A DNA stretch of 64,000 nt from an uncultured Bacteroidota bacterium (GCA_903916255.1 CAIWVW010000086.1:381-64380), one strand, 5' to 3'; numbered from the stretch's first letter, positions 20,105 through 30,232 are shown. Numbers and translations are program-made. The notes: a model not told the origin generated them from the sequence alone.

Positions 20105-20956
20105 GTGGAGATGAGAAGGCTTTTATTTTTATTTATCTGGATGGGTATATTATTTACGGCATGCTTCACAACAAAAAAAATTCCAACTCCAAATCCTCCG
20201 CCAACTGCAAACATAAAGAGAGAGAATGCCTATTCGCTGGTGACAAAAATGAAAGGGAATAATCTTAATTACCGTTGGATTAGCGCACATTTCAGTGCTG
20301 ATATCGATAATGATACTTCGCATGATTCTTTTAGCGGTGTGGTGAGGCTTCGCAAGGATAGTATAATATGGATGACCGTTTCTTACGCATTGGGTACATA
20401 TACCGCGTTACATGCTAAGCTGGATGGCGATTCTGTAATGTTTATAGACCATTATCATGATAGTTATTTTAAAGGAACATACGATTATCTGGATACACTT
20501 TTAAATGAAGACCTAGATTTTGATTTGATTCAATCTGTAATGGTGGGCAATTCACTGGAGTTTTATAAAGACACAGCTAAAATGAAAGCTTATTATGACG
20601 GGAAAGCGGGGGACTACGTGCTTAGTACGGTAAGGAAAAGAAGGTATAGAAGATTAATGAAGAACAAGCAGCTTCATAGCAAGAATGACGCACAACTTAT
20701 ATGGCTTGATGCTTCGGATTTTCACATTAAAAAAATAAGGCTTGAGGATTTCGTTACACAACATACCTTTGAGGCAAAATATGATGATTTTGAAAAGAGG
20801 GATTCAGGAAGTACTTTCCCTATGCATATTCATTATGAAATTAATACCGGCAAAAAAATCATTAAGATTGACCTGAAATATAAAAAAGTGAATTTTACGA
20901 ATTACGAAAGTATTCCATTTAAAATACCCAAAGACTGTGTACCGATACACTACTAA
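20105..20956 (+). CDS. DUF4292-like lipoprotein (LolA-fold, conserved partner of the downstream M23 peptidase in Bacteroidota)
   Basis: Signal plus lipobox (ILFTAC), about 280 aa. The conserved synteny dut-NTase-TPR-DUF4292-M23 is seen in many Bacteroidota. The domain call rests on memory of that synteny. Confidence 0.5.
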   Translation: MEMRRLLFLFIWMGILFTACFTTKKIPTPNPPPTANIKRENAYSLVTKMKGNNLNYRWISAHFSADIDNDTSHDSFSGVVRLRKDSIIWMTVSYALGTYTALHAKLDGDSVMFIDHYHDSYFKGTYDYLDTLLNEDLDFDLIQSVMVGNSLEFYKDTAKMKAYYDGKAGDYVLSTVRKRRYRRLMKNKQLHSKNDAQLIWLDASDFHIKKIRLEDFVTQHTFEAKYDDFEKRDSGSTFPMHIHYEINTGKKIIKIDLKYKKVNFTNYESIPFKIPKDCVPIHY

Positions 20957-22172
20957 AAATATATTATTGCTGGTGATATTGATTTGTTTGCCGGGACTAC
21001 TCTTTGCTCAAAAAACAAAGAAGGACCTGGAAAACAAAAAGAAAAAACTACAGGATGACATTGAATACCTGAACAAGTTGCTTGAACAGACAACTAATAA
21101 TAAGGAATCTTCCTTGGGGCAACTAATGACCGTAAACCGCAAAATTAGTTTGCAGGAGCAAGTGATTGAAACCGTATCAAAGGAAATTGAAATTATTCAA
21201 TACCAGATTAAAGCTGCAAACGATACAATTAATTCGATGGAGTTCAGGTTAGGCGATTTGAAAAAGGAATATGCCCGGATGGTTGTGGATGCTTACAAAA
21301 CTGAAAAAGGATTCAATAAGCTATCATTCATATTTGCATCTAAAGATTTTGAACAGGCTGCACTGCGGATGCGATATGTGCAGGAGTACCAGGAATATCG
21401 CCACAGGCAAGCATTAATAATAGATTCAACATCAAAAGAAGTAAGTAAAAAAGTAGCCCGCCTTCAAAAAAAGAAAGATGAAAAAAAGCAATTGCTGGAA
21501 AGTGTAGAATCTGAAAAAAACACACTTGCCGTCGAGAAAAATGACCAGCAAAAGATATATGAAGAGTTAAGGGGTAAAGAGAAACAACTGCGTAAAGAAC
21601 TCGCCGAAAAGCAAAAGGCATCGCTGAAGCTGGATGCCTCTATAAAAAAGTTGGTGGAAGAGGAAATAAGGAAATCGAACGCAAATGTTAAAGTTAAAAA
21701 AACAGACAACAAAACGCTGGAGATGAAACTTACACCTGAAGCGGAAAAATTATCTGAAGATTTTGAAAATAACAAAGGAAAATTGCCTTGGCCTGTAGTG
21801 GAAGGCATAATTACACTTCCATTCGGAACATATTCTCCAATGCCTGGCATTACTATGAGCAATAGTGGTGTAGATATTGCCACTACCAAAGGGGCCATTG
21901 CCCGTGCAGTTTTTGAGGGTACGGTTTCAGTAATAACAGAGGACCCAGACCCTACGGCTGGCAAGGTAGTTATTATTAAACATGGACAATTTTATAGTGT
22001 TTACAGGCACTTGAAGGAGGTTTTTGTGAAAGTTGGAGATAAAGTGCAAACTAAACAGACATTGGGAAATATTTTATATGACGAACAAAAGCAAGTGGCT
22101 GATTTAGAGCTTCAGATATGGAAAGGACTTAATAAAGTTGACCCTCAGGAATGGCTTTTTAAGAAAGATTGA
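20937..22172 (+). CDS. Murein hydrolase activator EnvC-like / M23 family peptidoglycan metalloendopeptidase with coiled-coil
   Basis: Signal peptide and a long coiled-coil. C-terminal LytM/M23 domain (GVDIATTKGAIARAVFEGTV...GKVVIIKHGQFYSVYRHL). Start uncertain: GTG overlaps the upstream gene by 20 nt, and TTG codons just downstream are alternatives. Confidence 0.8.
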   Translation: MYRYTTKNILLLVILICLPGLLFAQKTKKDLENKKKKLQDDIEYLNKLLEQTTNNKESSLGQLMTVNRKISLQEQVIETVSKEIEIIQYQIKAANDTINSMEFRLGDLKKEYARMVVDAYKTEKGFNKLSFIFASKDFEQAALRMRYVQEYQEYRHRQALIIDSTSKEVSKKVARLQKKKDEKKQLLESVESEKNTLAVEKNDQQKIYEELRGKEKQLRKELAEKQKASLKLDASIKKLVEEEIRKSNANVKVKKTDNKTLEMKLTPEAEKLSEDFENNKGKLPWPVVEGIITLPFGTYSPMPGITMSNSGVDIATTKGAIARAVFEGTVSVITEDPDPTAGKVVIIKHGQFYSVYRHLKEVFVKVGDKVQTKQTLGNILYDEQKQVADLELQIWKGLNKVDPQEWLFKKD

Positions 22173-22358
22173 GGACTGATAAATAAATTAATTGACTGAT
22201 AAATAACATGTTAATTCCTTGTTTGTTAAAATATTCCGGAAAAAATAGCGATTGAATAAGAATTAATTTACCTTTGTGATAGAGAAGTAATCATTTAACG
22301 CGCAAATTGAACGTTTTATCGGATAAAGAGCTACTTTGTAATTCAATAAAGTAATCTT

Positions 22359-22958
22359 ATGGAAAATCAAATAACTCCTGACGATGAGTTAATTCATCTC
22401 TACCAAAATGGCAATGAAGATGCTTTTTGCCAGCTATTAGAGAGATATAAGAAAAAAGTTTTCGGATACATATTAAATGTAGTTCGCGACCGGGTTATTG
22501 CCGAAGATATTTTTCAGGAAACTTTTTTTAAAGTTATCCGGACACTAAAAAAACAACAATATAACGGCGAAGGAAAGTTTATTCAGTGGGTTATCCGTAT
22601 TGCCCATAATCTTATCATCGACAGTTTCCGTCAAAATGGAAAGATAAGCACTGTAAGCAAGATAGTTAAACCGGATGGGAAAGTGGCAGATGTTTTTGAT
22701 GTTGTTAAGATAGAACAAGGTTCGGCTGAAGATAATATGGTAAAAAAGCAGATTCTTCAGGATATACGGAAATTAGTTGAACACCTCCCATTTGAACAAC
22801 GTGAAGTTGTTATCTTGAGACATTATTACGATTTGAGTTTCAAAGAAATAGCGGATATGACAAATGTAAGCATCAATACAGCCCTTGGAAGGATGCGGTA
22901 TGCCATAATTAACCTAAGACGACTTGCCGAACAACACAAAATAGCCTTATCTGAGTAA
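22359..22958 (+). CDS. RNA polymerase sigma-70 family (ECF-like) sigma factor
   Basis: Region 2 (AFCQLLERYKKKVFGYI...AEDIFQETFFKV) and region 4 helix-turn-helix (LPFEQREVVILRHYYDLSFKEIADMTNVSINTALGRM). A TACCTTTG (TAnnTTTG) -7-like motif lies about 80 nt upstream. Confidence 0.8.
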   Translation: MENQITPDDELIHLYQNGNEDAFCQLLERYKKKVFGYILNVVRDRVIAEDIFQETFFKVIRTLKKQQYNGEGKFIQWVIRIAHNLIIDSFRQNGKISTVSKIVKPDGKVADVFDVVKIEQGSAEDNMVKKQILQDIRKLVEHLPFEQREVVILRHYYDLSFKEIADMTNVSINTALGRMRYAIINLRRLAEQHKIALSE

Positions 22959-23032
22959 TTTTAACAATAAATCATATCCGGATACAATATATCCGAGGAA
23001 ATTCAGTTAGTATAATATTAAATCTCTTTTTT

Positions 23033-23239
23033 ATGGACAAAAATACTCCGCTCTCATCACTCCCTTCATCAGAACACGAAATGGAATCGAAAGGTAAAGA
23101 TATGGCCAAAAAACAGGTAGAGAAAGACCCAAATGAGCCATCTCTGATGTCAATCATGAATATAATGAACTATTCCAAAGCACTTAAAATCGAGTCAACG
23201 AAAAGTGTTTTGCAATATGTTGAGTATATTAAAAACTAA
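23033..23239 (+). CDS. Small hypothetical protein downstream of sigma factor (possible regulator or anti-sigma, unsupported)
   Basis: 68-aa ORF in the position where ECF anti-sigma factors usually sit. No recognisable motif. Could be non-coding. Confidence 0.2.
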   Translation: MDKNTPLSSLPSSEHEMESKGKDMAKKQVEKDPNEPSLMSIMNIMNYSKALKIESTKSVLQYVEYIKN

Positions 23240-23304
23240 GTATCTTTTCATTTTTAAATTATAAGTTAGTCCTTTCCCTTTAGGTTCATTGTTAACTTTG
23301 TCGA

Positions 23305-23955
23305 ATGAAAAAGGCAGAGTTGTTTAATAGGGTAATTGAATATTTTGAGGCTGCCATGCCAGTAGCTCAAACTGAATTACAATATGACACCCCATTTGAA
23401 TTATTAGTTTCAGTTATTCTATCGGCACAATGTACCGATAAACGGGTAAATATCGTTACTCCTGCTCTTTTTGCAAAATATCCTGATGCAAAATCCATGT
23501 CGAAAGCTTCAATCGATGAGGTCAGGGAATATATAAAAAGCATTAGCTATCCTAACAGTAAAGCGGATTACCTTGTAAAAGGTTCAAAAATTTTGGTTGA
23601 AAAATTCAAAAGTGAAATTCCTTCCACGATTGAAGAACTGACAACTATTCCCGGTGTTGGAAGAAAAACCGCCAATGTTATTCTATCAGTAATTTACAGC
23701 CAACCCACAATGGCTGTAGATACCCATGTATTTAGAGTTTCTGCCCGTATTGGGCTTACCTCCGGCGCCAAAAATCCACTACAGGCAGAGACCCAACTAG
23801 TAAAACATATACCCAAGGAAAAAATACCCCTTGCACACCACTGGCTTATACTACATGGCCGTTACATCTGTCTGGCCCGCAAGCCTCTTTGTGAAAAATG
23901 CGGATTAACAAAATGGTGCAAGTATTACAACCAAAAACTTAAAACGGATAAATAG
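23305..23955 (+). CDS. nth: Endonuclease III (DNA glycosylase/AP lyase)
   Basis: HhH-GPD region (TIPGVGRKTANVILS) and C-terminal 4Fe-4S cluster loop CxxxxxxCxxCxxxxxC (CLARKPLCEKCGLTKWC). Confidence 0.9.
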   Translation: MKKAELFNRVIEYFEAAMPVAQTELQYDTPFELLVSVILSAQCTDKRVNIVTPALFAKYPDAKSMSKASIDEVREYIKSISYPNSKADYLVKGSKILVEKFKSEIPSTIEELTTIPGVGRKTANVILSVIYSQPTMAVDTHVFRVSARIGLTSGAKNPLQAETQLVKHIPKEKIPLAHHWLILHGRYICLARKPLCEKCGLTKWCKYYNQKLKTDK

Positions 23956-24004
23956 GTTTTAATCCTGTTTTCTTTTTACTTTTACTTCCACATTATAATT
24001 TATT

Positions 24005-24685
24005 ATGGATACTGTTACTGTTGCTCCTGTTATTGAAGAAAGCTGGGGCTCGGCTCTTAAAGAGGAATTCAGCAAACCTTATTTTTCACAGCTCAAAGAG
24101 TTCTTAGTGGAAGAGCGGAAAAGGCACACTGTATACCCACCCGGAAAATTTATTTTTTCAGCATTTAACCACACTCCATTTAATAATGTGAAGGTGGTGA
24201 TATTGGGTCAGGACCCATACCATGGTGCAGGCCAGGCAAATGGGTTATGTTTCTCGGTAAGCGATGGAATTAAAATGCCGCCTTCACTGGTAAATATTTT
24301 TAAAGAAATTCAAAATGATTTAGGCTATTCCATTCCTTTATCAGGGAACCTTGAAAGGTGGGCTGACCAAGGCGTGTTATTACTCAATGCCATACTAACT
24401 GTTCGTGCAAATGAAGCAGGCTCGCACCAGGGTAGGGGATGGGAAACATTTACTGACAGCGTCATCCGGCAGTTATCGGATGAAAAGCAAGGAATAGTTT
24501 TTCTGCTTTGGGGCAAATATGCGCAAGCCAAAGAAGCATTGATAGATGGTTCAAAACACCATATTTTAAAGGCTGCTCATCCATCTCCATTCTCTGCCTA
24601 TAATGGATTTATGGGGTGCAAACATTTTTCAAAGACCAATGAAATCCTTACCGAACAAGGCAAGCAGCCGATTGACTGGCATTGA
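24005..24685 (+). CDS. ung: Uracil-DNA glycosylase (family 1)
   Basis: VVILGQDPYHGAGQANGLCFSV is the water-activating loop. LLLNAILTV and HPSPFSA are further UNG motifs. Confidence 0.9.
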   Translation: MDTVTVAPVIEESWGSALKEEFSKPYFSQLKEFLVEERKRHTVYPPGKFIFSAFNHTPFNNVKVVILGQDPYHGAGQANGLCFSVSDGIKMPPSLVNIFKEIQNDLGYSIPLSGNLERWADQGVLLLNAILTVRANEAGSHQGRGWETFTDSVIRQLSDEKQGIVFLLWGKYAQAKEALIDGSKHHILKAAHPSPFSAYNGFMGCKHFSKTNEILTEQGKQPIDWH

Positions 24686-24689
24686 TTTC

Positions 24690-27131
24690 CTACTTGCTAA
24701 TTACAAGATTTTTGGAATCGACAACCTTTTGGCCATCCCATAAGGAAATAATATAGGTTCCATTATTCCAAGAGGTGCTGCTGCATTTGATGCTGCCCAG
24801 GCCCGGCGCTACACGAACTTGTGCAACCCTATTCCCATTCAGGTCATAAATATAAAGGTATTGAAGGGTATTTAATGCCGGTATATCTACTGTGAAATTT
24901 CCTGATGAAGGATTCGGATATATTTTCAAATGCCCGTTATTGCTTTCTACTTCAGTAATTCCTACAATGTGATAAACACCCTTATCGGCAAAGCAGTATT
25001 GCCCATTGGGCAATGAATCAAGCGCCATATAACCATAAACAGCTGTAATAGTTGTTTTGGTATATCCCGGAAATTCTTTCCAATCAGCTTTTGTATTTGG
25101 CCTGTAAAGTAATATTAAACTATCATCGTTTATGGGCAAAAGTGCGGTGTCTAAATAACAACTGCCATTGGTGGTTCCTATTACTTTTCTTCCGTCGAAA
25201 TATAATTTCGCGGTGCAGCTGAAACCCGAAGGGCGCACACCGCTTACGTTCCAATATCTGTATGGTGATAAGCGATAATGAAGGGATGTATCTAGTATAG
25301 GGTCAGGGGCTGCATAGTTGTGTTCCAAATAAAGAAACGCAGTATCTGTAACTGAATTTACCGTAAGGTCGACTCTTGAATATTGGCTCATATTGTAATT
25401 GCCTGTTTTGGTAATTACCAATGTATCTGAAGACTTCGCTTCAGCAATCTTGGTCCGCATATTTACTCCGGCAAAGGCAGGATTGAATGGTAGTGTAATG
25501 GTATAACTGGAAAGATTCCCCGAAACCATTACTGTTTGCGCATAACTCTTCAGATTAGCAGATTTAAAATTTACCTCTACCGGAACATTGTTATAATAGG
25601 CATTCCAGGGTGCGCCCATTAGTTTTTGTTTTATATAAACGGTAGCATCGTAATTAGTTCCATTAGGCGTTACCAGCATCGAATCGATGGAGAATTGCGG
25701 AAAGCCGGGCTTGTAAACCCAGTCATTGAAGAAGTCGGTAAGGTTATAGCCCGAATAACGTTCCAGGCTATTCTTCAACGTATCTGAATTTACCGGCTGG
25801 TAGGCATGGCTGGAGAAATAGTATTTCATTCCGTTAAAGAAATTACTGTCACCCAAATAAGTTCTAAGTGTATGAAATATGTCAGCTCCTTTATCGTAAG
25901 ATGTACTGACCCAATACCGTAAATTTCCATACGTATAAGGTTGCGGTACCCCTGAGACGGGCCAGTAGCCATGGTCGCCGATGGCGCAGTAATGCACCAC
26001 GTTTTCATGGTTAGCGCGAGTATAGGTGTGGTATACCGAATCGCCATACATGTATTCCTCAAAAATACTTTGGTTGAAAACGGCACAACCTTCATTGAGC
26101 CACATGTCTTCGGCAGTGCTGCATGTAACAAGGTCGCCACACCAGTGGTGAGAAAGTTCATGGGCCATTACATTTGCTTCATAATCGAGCGTGCCATTAG
26201 CTGCAAGGGCCGGATATGCAATATTAGAGGCATGTTCCATAGAACCATCCGGAAACGACATCATTGTATAGCCAACCTTGTTCCATCTGTATTTGCCATA
26301 GCAGTTTTGAAATATGGAAATGGCATTTTTCAGGTGCACGAATGATTTCCTGATGTTGGCTGTATCTCCCGGTTCTCCGGCGAGCAGAATAGGTATCGTA
26401 TCTGTTCCGCGGAAGGTATCTTTTATAGTTGTGTACGGAGCCACATCTACACTGGCATGATAGCTCGATATAAGATTAGGCATTACCCATGTGCGGGTTC
26501 GGGTGACACCCGAAACAGAATCTTTGGTTAAATAGCCATTGCAAAAGGACAGGTTTGCCGTATCACTTGTAATATGAAATGTGAAAGTTGATTTAGCTAT
26601 AAAATTATCGAAGCAGGGATACCAGCAGCGGCCAAAATTATGGGGGATAACTGCAAAGCCCACACCCAGGTTGAAAGCATATCCGCCGGAAAAGTAAAAG
26701 CCGCCAAAGCCTGTCGGGTCAAGAACGGGCTTGCCATGATAATACACCTGTACACTATTCGTATCGCCACTGTTTTCAGTTGACGGAAGGTCCACTATCA
26801 GCAGGGTATCATTGTAAGAATACCGCAAATGGGCTGCGCCCATAAAAACAGAATCTACTTTAAAATGGAGCAAATCGAGACTAAGCGTTTTTATGTTGTT
26901 CATTTTCGGAACGTACTGAACAATGGTATTTCCCCTTAACGTATCAGTAACAAAATCAGTCACGTTTAAGGAAATAACATAGTTATATACATTCACCGTA
27001 TCGCTTCGGAGGCCATTTGTATCAGGTATAATGGGTGAACTTGCCGTGGCTCCGGCAATTACAGAAAACAACAAAAACAAGGATAGCAATATTCTTTTCA
27101 TGCGGGTTAATTGATATTCAAAAGTAAGCAA
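24690..27131 (-). CDS. M1-family zinc aminopeptidase with T9SS type A C-terminal sorting domain
   Basis: HELSHHWCGDLVTCSTAEDMWLNEG is the HExxH-x18-E zinc site. GAMEN-like region upstream. Signal peptide. C-terminal KIYPNPSSGNFTV...IISLWDGQKVVDSKNLVISK matches the por-secretion type A tail. Confidence 0.85.
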   Translation of the reverse strand: MLTFEYQLTRMKRILLSLFLLFSVIAGATASSPIIPDTNGLRSDTVNVYNYVISLNVTDFVTDTLRGNTIVQYVPKMNNIKTLSLDLLHFKVDSVFMGAAHLRYSYNDTLLIVDLPSTENSGDTNSVQVYYHGKPVLDPTGFGGFYFSGGYAFNLGVGFAVIPHNFGRCWYPCFDNFIAKSTFTFHITSDTANLSFCNGYLTKDSVSGVTRTRTWVMPNLISSYHASVDVAPYTTIKDTFRGTDTIPILLAGEPGDTANIRKSFVHLKNAISIFQNCYGKYRWNKVGYTMMSFPDGSMEHASNIAYPALAANGTLDYEANVMAHELSHHWCGDLVTCSTAEDMWLNEGCAVFNQSIFEEYMYGDSVYHTYTRANHENVVHYCAIGDHGYWPVSGVPQPYTYGNLRYWVSTSYDKGADIFHTLRTYLGDSNFFNGMKYYFSSHAYQPVNSDTLKNSLERYSGYNLTDFFNDWVYKPGFPQFSIDSMLVTPNGTNYDATVYIKQKLMGAPWNAYYNNVPVEVNFKSANLKSYAQTVMVSGNLSSYTITLPFNPAFAGVNMRTKIAEAKSSDTLVITKTGNYNMSQYSRVDLTVNSVTDTAFLYLEHNYAAPDPILDTSLHYRLSPYRYWNVSGVRPSGFSCTAKLYFDGRKVIGTTNGSCYLDTALLPINDDSLILLYRPNTKADWKEFPGYTKTTITAVYGYMALDSLPNGQYCFADKGVYHIVGITEVESNNGHLKIYPNPSSGNFTVDIPALNTLQYLYIYDLNGNRVAQVRVAPGLGSIKCSSTSWNNGTYIISLWDGQKVVDSKNLVISK

Positions 27132-27366
27132 TTTACGGGAGAACCTAAGCTATGGCTTTAATACCTGTTTTTCCCCGATTTTTCATTCTGCGAAATGTCC
27201 GGGTTTTACACGTATTTGAAAACTCCAAAAGACCGTAGAATATTTATTGGATATGGCTTTGAGGCATGTCCGGGTGTTTTCTGGTTTTTTGGACATTTTT
27301 AGTGATATAAAAATATTAGGCAAATGCCTCACATTTACAATACAATAGATTTGCTATATTTACAGT

Positions 27367-29643
27367 ATGAAAAGGATTACGTTTTTGGTTATTGCGGTTT
27401 TTTGTTTGGGGGTTGGAGTAGGCAAGGCTCAGTATACAGTGTTGCACAATTTTGGTAGTATTGTTAAAGATGCCAAGTATCCATTTTTTGGTTCACTCGC
27501 AGTTTCAGGCAATGTGTTGTATGGTATGACGGAAAAAGGAGGAAGGTATGACTCCGGGGCTGTTTTTTCTATCCATACGGATGGAAGCGGATATAAAGTA
27601 ATTCTGAATTTTAATGATACGAACGGTGCAAACCCGTATGGTTCATTAATACTTTCAGGAAACGTGTTATATGGAATGACATCAATTGGAGGAGCCCATG
27701 GATTTGGCATTGTATTTTCTATTCATACGGATGGCACCGGATATAAGGATTTGCTCGATTTCTGGTACAGGGATTATCCTTATGGTGCGTCACCCCAGGG
27801 TTCATTGATATTGTCAGGAAAAGAATTGTATGGAATGACCAATTCAGGTGGAGGAATTTCTGCTGATGGTGTAGTATTCAGCATTGATACTAACGGAAAC
27901 AATTATAAGGACCTGCTTAATTTTAACGGGAATTATTATCCGATTGGTTATGCTGCTCACGGCTCATTAATACAGGCAGGCAGTCAACTTTTTGGTATAA
28001 CAAACCTGAACGCCTTTTCAGTAGATACGAATGGACATAACTATAAAGATTTGGTGAGTTTAGCCGGTTCATATCCCTGGGGTTCATTCACACTAATTGG
28101 AGATGTGCTTTATGGAACTACGGAAACGAATGGCGCCTTTGGTCGCGGCTATATTTTTTCCATTGATACAAATGGAAGTAATTTTAAAGACCGTCTTGAT
28201 TTTACCGGCCCTAATGGTTCTAGCCCAACAGGTGACCTGACTCTTTTTGGAAACACCCTTTATGCAATGGCATCTTACAATATATTTTCTATGGATACCA
28301 ACGGTGGCGGATTTAATAACCTATATAATTTCGTTCCTTCTACCGGAGATAATCCTTTTGGCAATTTAATAGTTTCATCAGGGATATTTTATGGAATGAC
28401 GAATACAGGAGGAGGTAATAATGATGGCGTTGTTTTTAAATATCAACCATGTGGTGTAACCACTACCCAAAATGTTATTTCCAATAATAGTTGCCATGGA
28501 GGCAATACAGGAAGCGCTTCAGTTGCTGTTAGCGGAGGCAGCCCACCCTATACCTATTTATGGAATCCTGGAGGTATTACATCAACTTCTGTAAGTGGAT
28601 TAAGTGCGGGTACTTATACCATTATAGTTGGGGATAATAATGGTTGCACGGTCACAACTTTTGTTACTATCACAGAGCCCCCTCTTCTTCAAGACAGCAT
28701 TAAAAAAGTAAACATTACCTGCCATGGCGATGATAATGGAAAAGTAAAAGTGTTTCCTTATGGAGGAACTTCGCCATACACCTATTTATGGAGTGATGGA
28801 AACACAAGGGAAGGTAAGAGCGGTTTATCTGCCGGAACGTATAGCTGCACTGTAACTGATAATAACGGGTGTTCGGTTACTGCGAGTGAAACTATTATCG
28901 ACCCGCTGGTGCTGAGTGTTTCTCTTTCTTCATCGGCAGTAAAATGCTTTGGAGGCAATACGGGTTTAGCGAGTGTAAGCAGTCTAACCGGAGGGACGCC
29001 GCCTTATACATATTTATGGACACCTCCCGGAGTTACAACAGCTACACTTACGGGTGCAAGTGCAGGCACGTATACGTTAACGGTATATGATAAAAATGGG
29101 TGTAATACTACGGCTTCAGTGCGGGTTACCCAACCATCTAAAATCCGGGATAGCATAACCACTATCGGATGCGGAACAGCAACGGTGGGCGTGCGAGGCG
29201 GAACGCCAAGTTACAATTACCATTGGACTCCTTCAGGAGGTTTTACAGCTACTGCAATTGTTTATACTGTTGGAATTTATACGGTGACTATAACCGATAG
29301 AAATGGCTGCACAGCATCTACTACCGCTGATATTACTTGCCCTAAAATAAAGCATGACGAACCGACAAGCAATGAAGATTTTGGGGTTTGTTGCGATAAT
29401 GATATAAAAGTATATCCTAATCCGAACAATGGAGTATTCACAATAGAGTCGTCAGTGGTAAGTGGTCAGTGCTCAGTGGAAATTTATAATGTACTCGGGC
29501 AACAAGTGTTGAAAGAGGTACTTCCCCATACTCAGGGTAACAATACCGTTAGGCTTACCCAACCAAACGGGGTTTATTTGTATCGTATCATTACAGAAGC
29601 CGGTAGTTTACTTAAGCAGGGAAAGGTGGTTATTGATAAATAG
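27367..29643 (+). CDS. T9SS type A cargo with N-terminal GloVer (Gloeo_Verruco)-like repeats and central SprB repeats
   Basis: Signal peptide. About 8 repeats of about 45 aa (GSLILSGNVLYGMT..GG..G.GVVFSIDTNG.NYKDLLNF) resembling the choice-of-anchor GloVer repeat. Then about 6 SprB repeats (C.GGNTG.ASV.VSGG.PPYTYLW.PGG...). C-terminal KVYPNPNNGVFTIES...LYRIITEAGSLLKQGKVVIDK is a type A domain. Confidence 0.8.
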   Translation: MKRITFLVIAVFCLGVGVGKAQYTVLHNFGSIVKDAKYPFFGSLAVSGNVLYGMTEKGGRYDSGAVFSIHTDGSGYKVILNFNDTNGANPYGSLILSGNVLYGMTSIGGAHGFGIVFSIHTDGTGYKDLLDFWYRDYPYGASPQGSLILSGKELYGMTNSGGGISADGVVFSIDTNGNNYKDLLNFNGNYYPIGYAAHGSLIQAGSQLFGITNLNAFSVDTNGHNYKDLVSLAGSYPWGSFTLIGDVLYGTTETNGAFGRGYIFSIDTNGSNFKDRLDFTGPNGSSPTGDLTLFGNTLYAMASYNIFSMDTNGGGFNNLYNFVPSTGDNPFGNLIVSSGIFYGMTNTGGGNNDGVVFKYQPCGVTTTQNVISNNSCHGGNTGSASVAVSGGSPPYTYLWNPGGITSTSVSGLSAGTYTIIVGDNNGCTVTTFVTITEPPLLQDSIKKVNITCHGDDNGKVKVFPYGGTSPYTYLWSDGNTREGKSGLSAGTYSCTVTDNNGCSVTASETIIDPLVLSVSLSSSAVKCFGGNTGLASVSSLTGGTPPYTYLWTPPGVTTATLTGASAGTYTLTVYDKNGCNTTASVRVTQPSKIRDSITTIGCGTATVGVRGGTPSYNYHWTPSGGFTATAIVYTVGIYTVTITDRNGCTASTTADITCPKIKHDEPTSNEDFGVCCDNDIKVYPNPNNGVFTIESSVVSGQCSVEIYNVLGQQVLKEVLPHTQGNNTVRLTQPNGVYLYRIITEAGSLLKQGKVVIDK

Positions 29644-29654
29644 GAATAATCGAT

Positions 29655-30080
29655 ATGATGAAAGTCATATTGGCAGCTTTTAAATTATATACATTTGCCG
29701 CACAAATAATTAAGGTGAAAAGCGGTTTATCCATAGTAGTGTTATTGTCGTTCCTGATAGTAAATATGAGTAAGTCTATTATTCTTATTAACTACCAGTT
29801 AAATAAGGCAGAAATTACAGCCAAGTATTGCGTGAATAAAGACAAGCCTGAAATGCACTGCTGCGGGAAATGCTTGCTTAAGAAAAAACTCGCCGAACAG
29901 GAAGCACAGCAAAATATGCCTGCATTTCCGGATATAAAAACCGATATTCAATTAGTTCATCAAGTTTATCAAGCTTTTAAAGTTTATAAAGTTTGTCAAT
30001 CAGACTTTCCACTTTATAAACTTTATGAACTTTCTACTCAGTGCGAAGGCGCTGGTGTGTTTCATCCGCCAAGCTGCTAA
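29655..30080 (+). CDS. Small hypothetical membrane protein with Cys cluster (CxNKDKPEMHCCGKC); 3' end built from dispersed repeat units
   Basis: 141-aa ORF with an N-terminal hydrophobic helix and a Cys-rich motif that could bind metal. The last 35 codons coincide with AAGTTTATAAAGT / ACTTTATAAACTTTATGAACTTT repeat units, and the MITE-like element begins 20 nt after the stop. The true C-terminus is uncertain. Confidence 0.35.
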   Translation: MMKVILAAFKLYTFAAQIIKVKSGLSIVVLLSFLIVNMSKSIILINYQLNKAEITAKYCVNKDKPEMHCCGKCLLKKKLAEQEAQQNMPAFPDIKTDIQLVHQVYQAFKVYKVCQSDFPLYKLYELSTQCEGAGVFHPPSC

Positions 30081-30099
30081 GCTAAATATAGTTCCTATT

Positions 30100-30232
30100 G
30101 TCATTGCGAGGCTTTGCGAAGCAATCTCTTTAATAAGAAGATTGCCAAACAGAGTTGGGTGAGATTGTTTACCTGCTTCTATTAATTTCTCAAGGAGTTC
30201 ACGAGCCCTTCGGGGTTGCTTCGCAATGACGA
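30100..30232. repeat. MITE/REP-like palindromic element (family GTCATTGCGAGG..CGAAGCAATC) with terminal inverted repeats
   Basis: Left end gtcattgcgaggctttgcgaagcaatctc. Right end ggttgcttcgcaatgacga, the reverse complement of tcgtcattgcgaagcaacc. The span is about 133 bp and non-coding. Related copies at 40912, 41181 and 43539. Confidence 0.7.

Noticed and set aside
22176-22204. 13-bp direct repeat gactgataaataa x2 after the M23 peptidase gene
   Set aside because: Very short, AT-rich, and plausibly chance. No hairpin or known motif.
29451-29480. Shared gtcagtggtcagtg string between the T9SS cargo C-terminus (29451-29480) and the Ddl-like gene (49450-49480)
   Set aside because: Short Ser/Gly/Gln codon repetition (SGQ) in unrelated proteins. 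No extended similarity.
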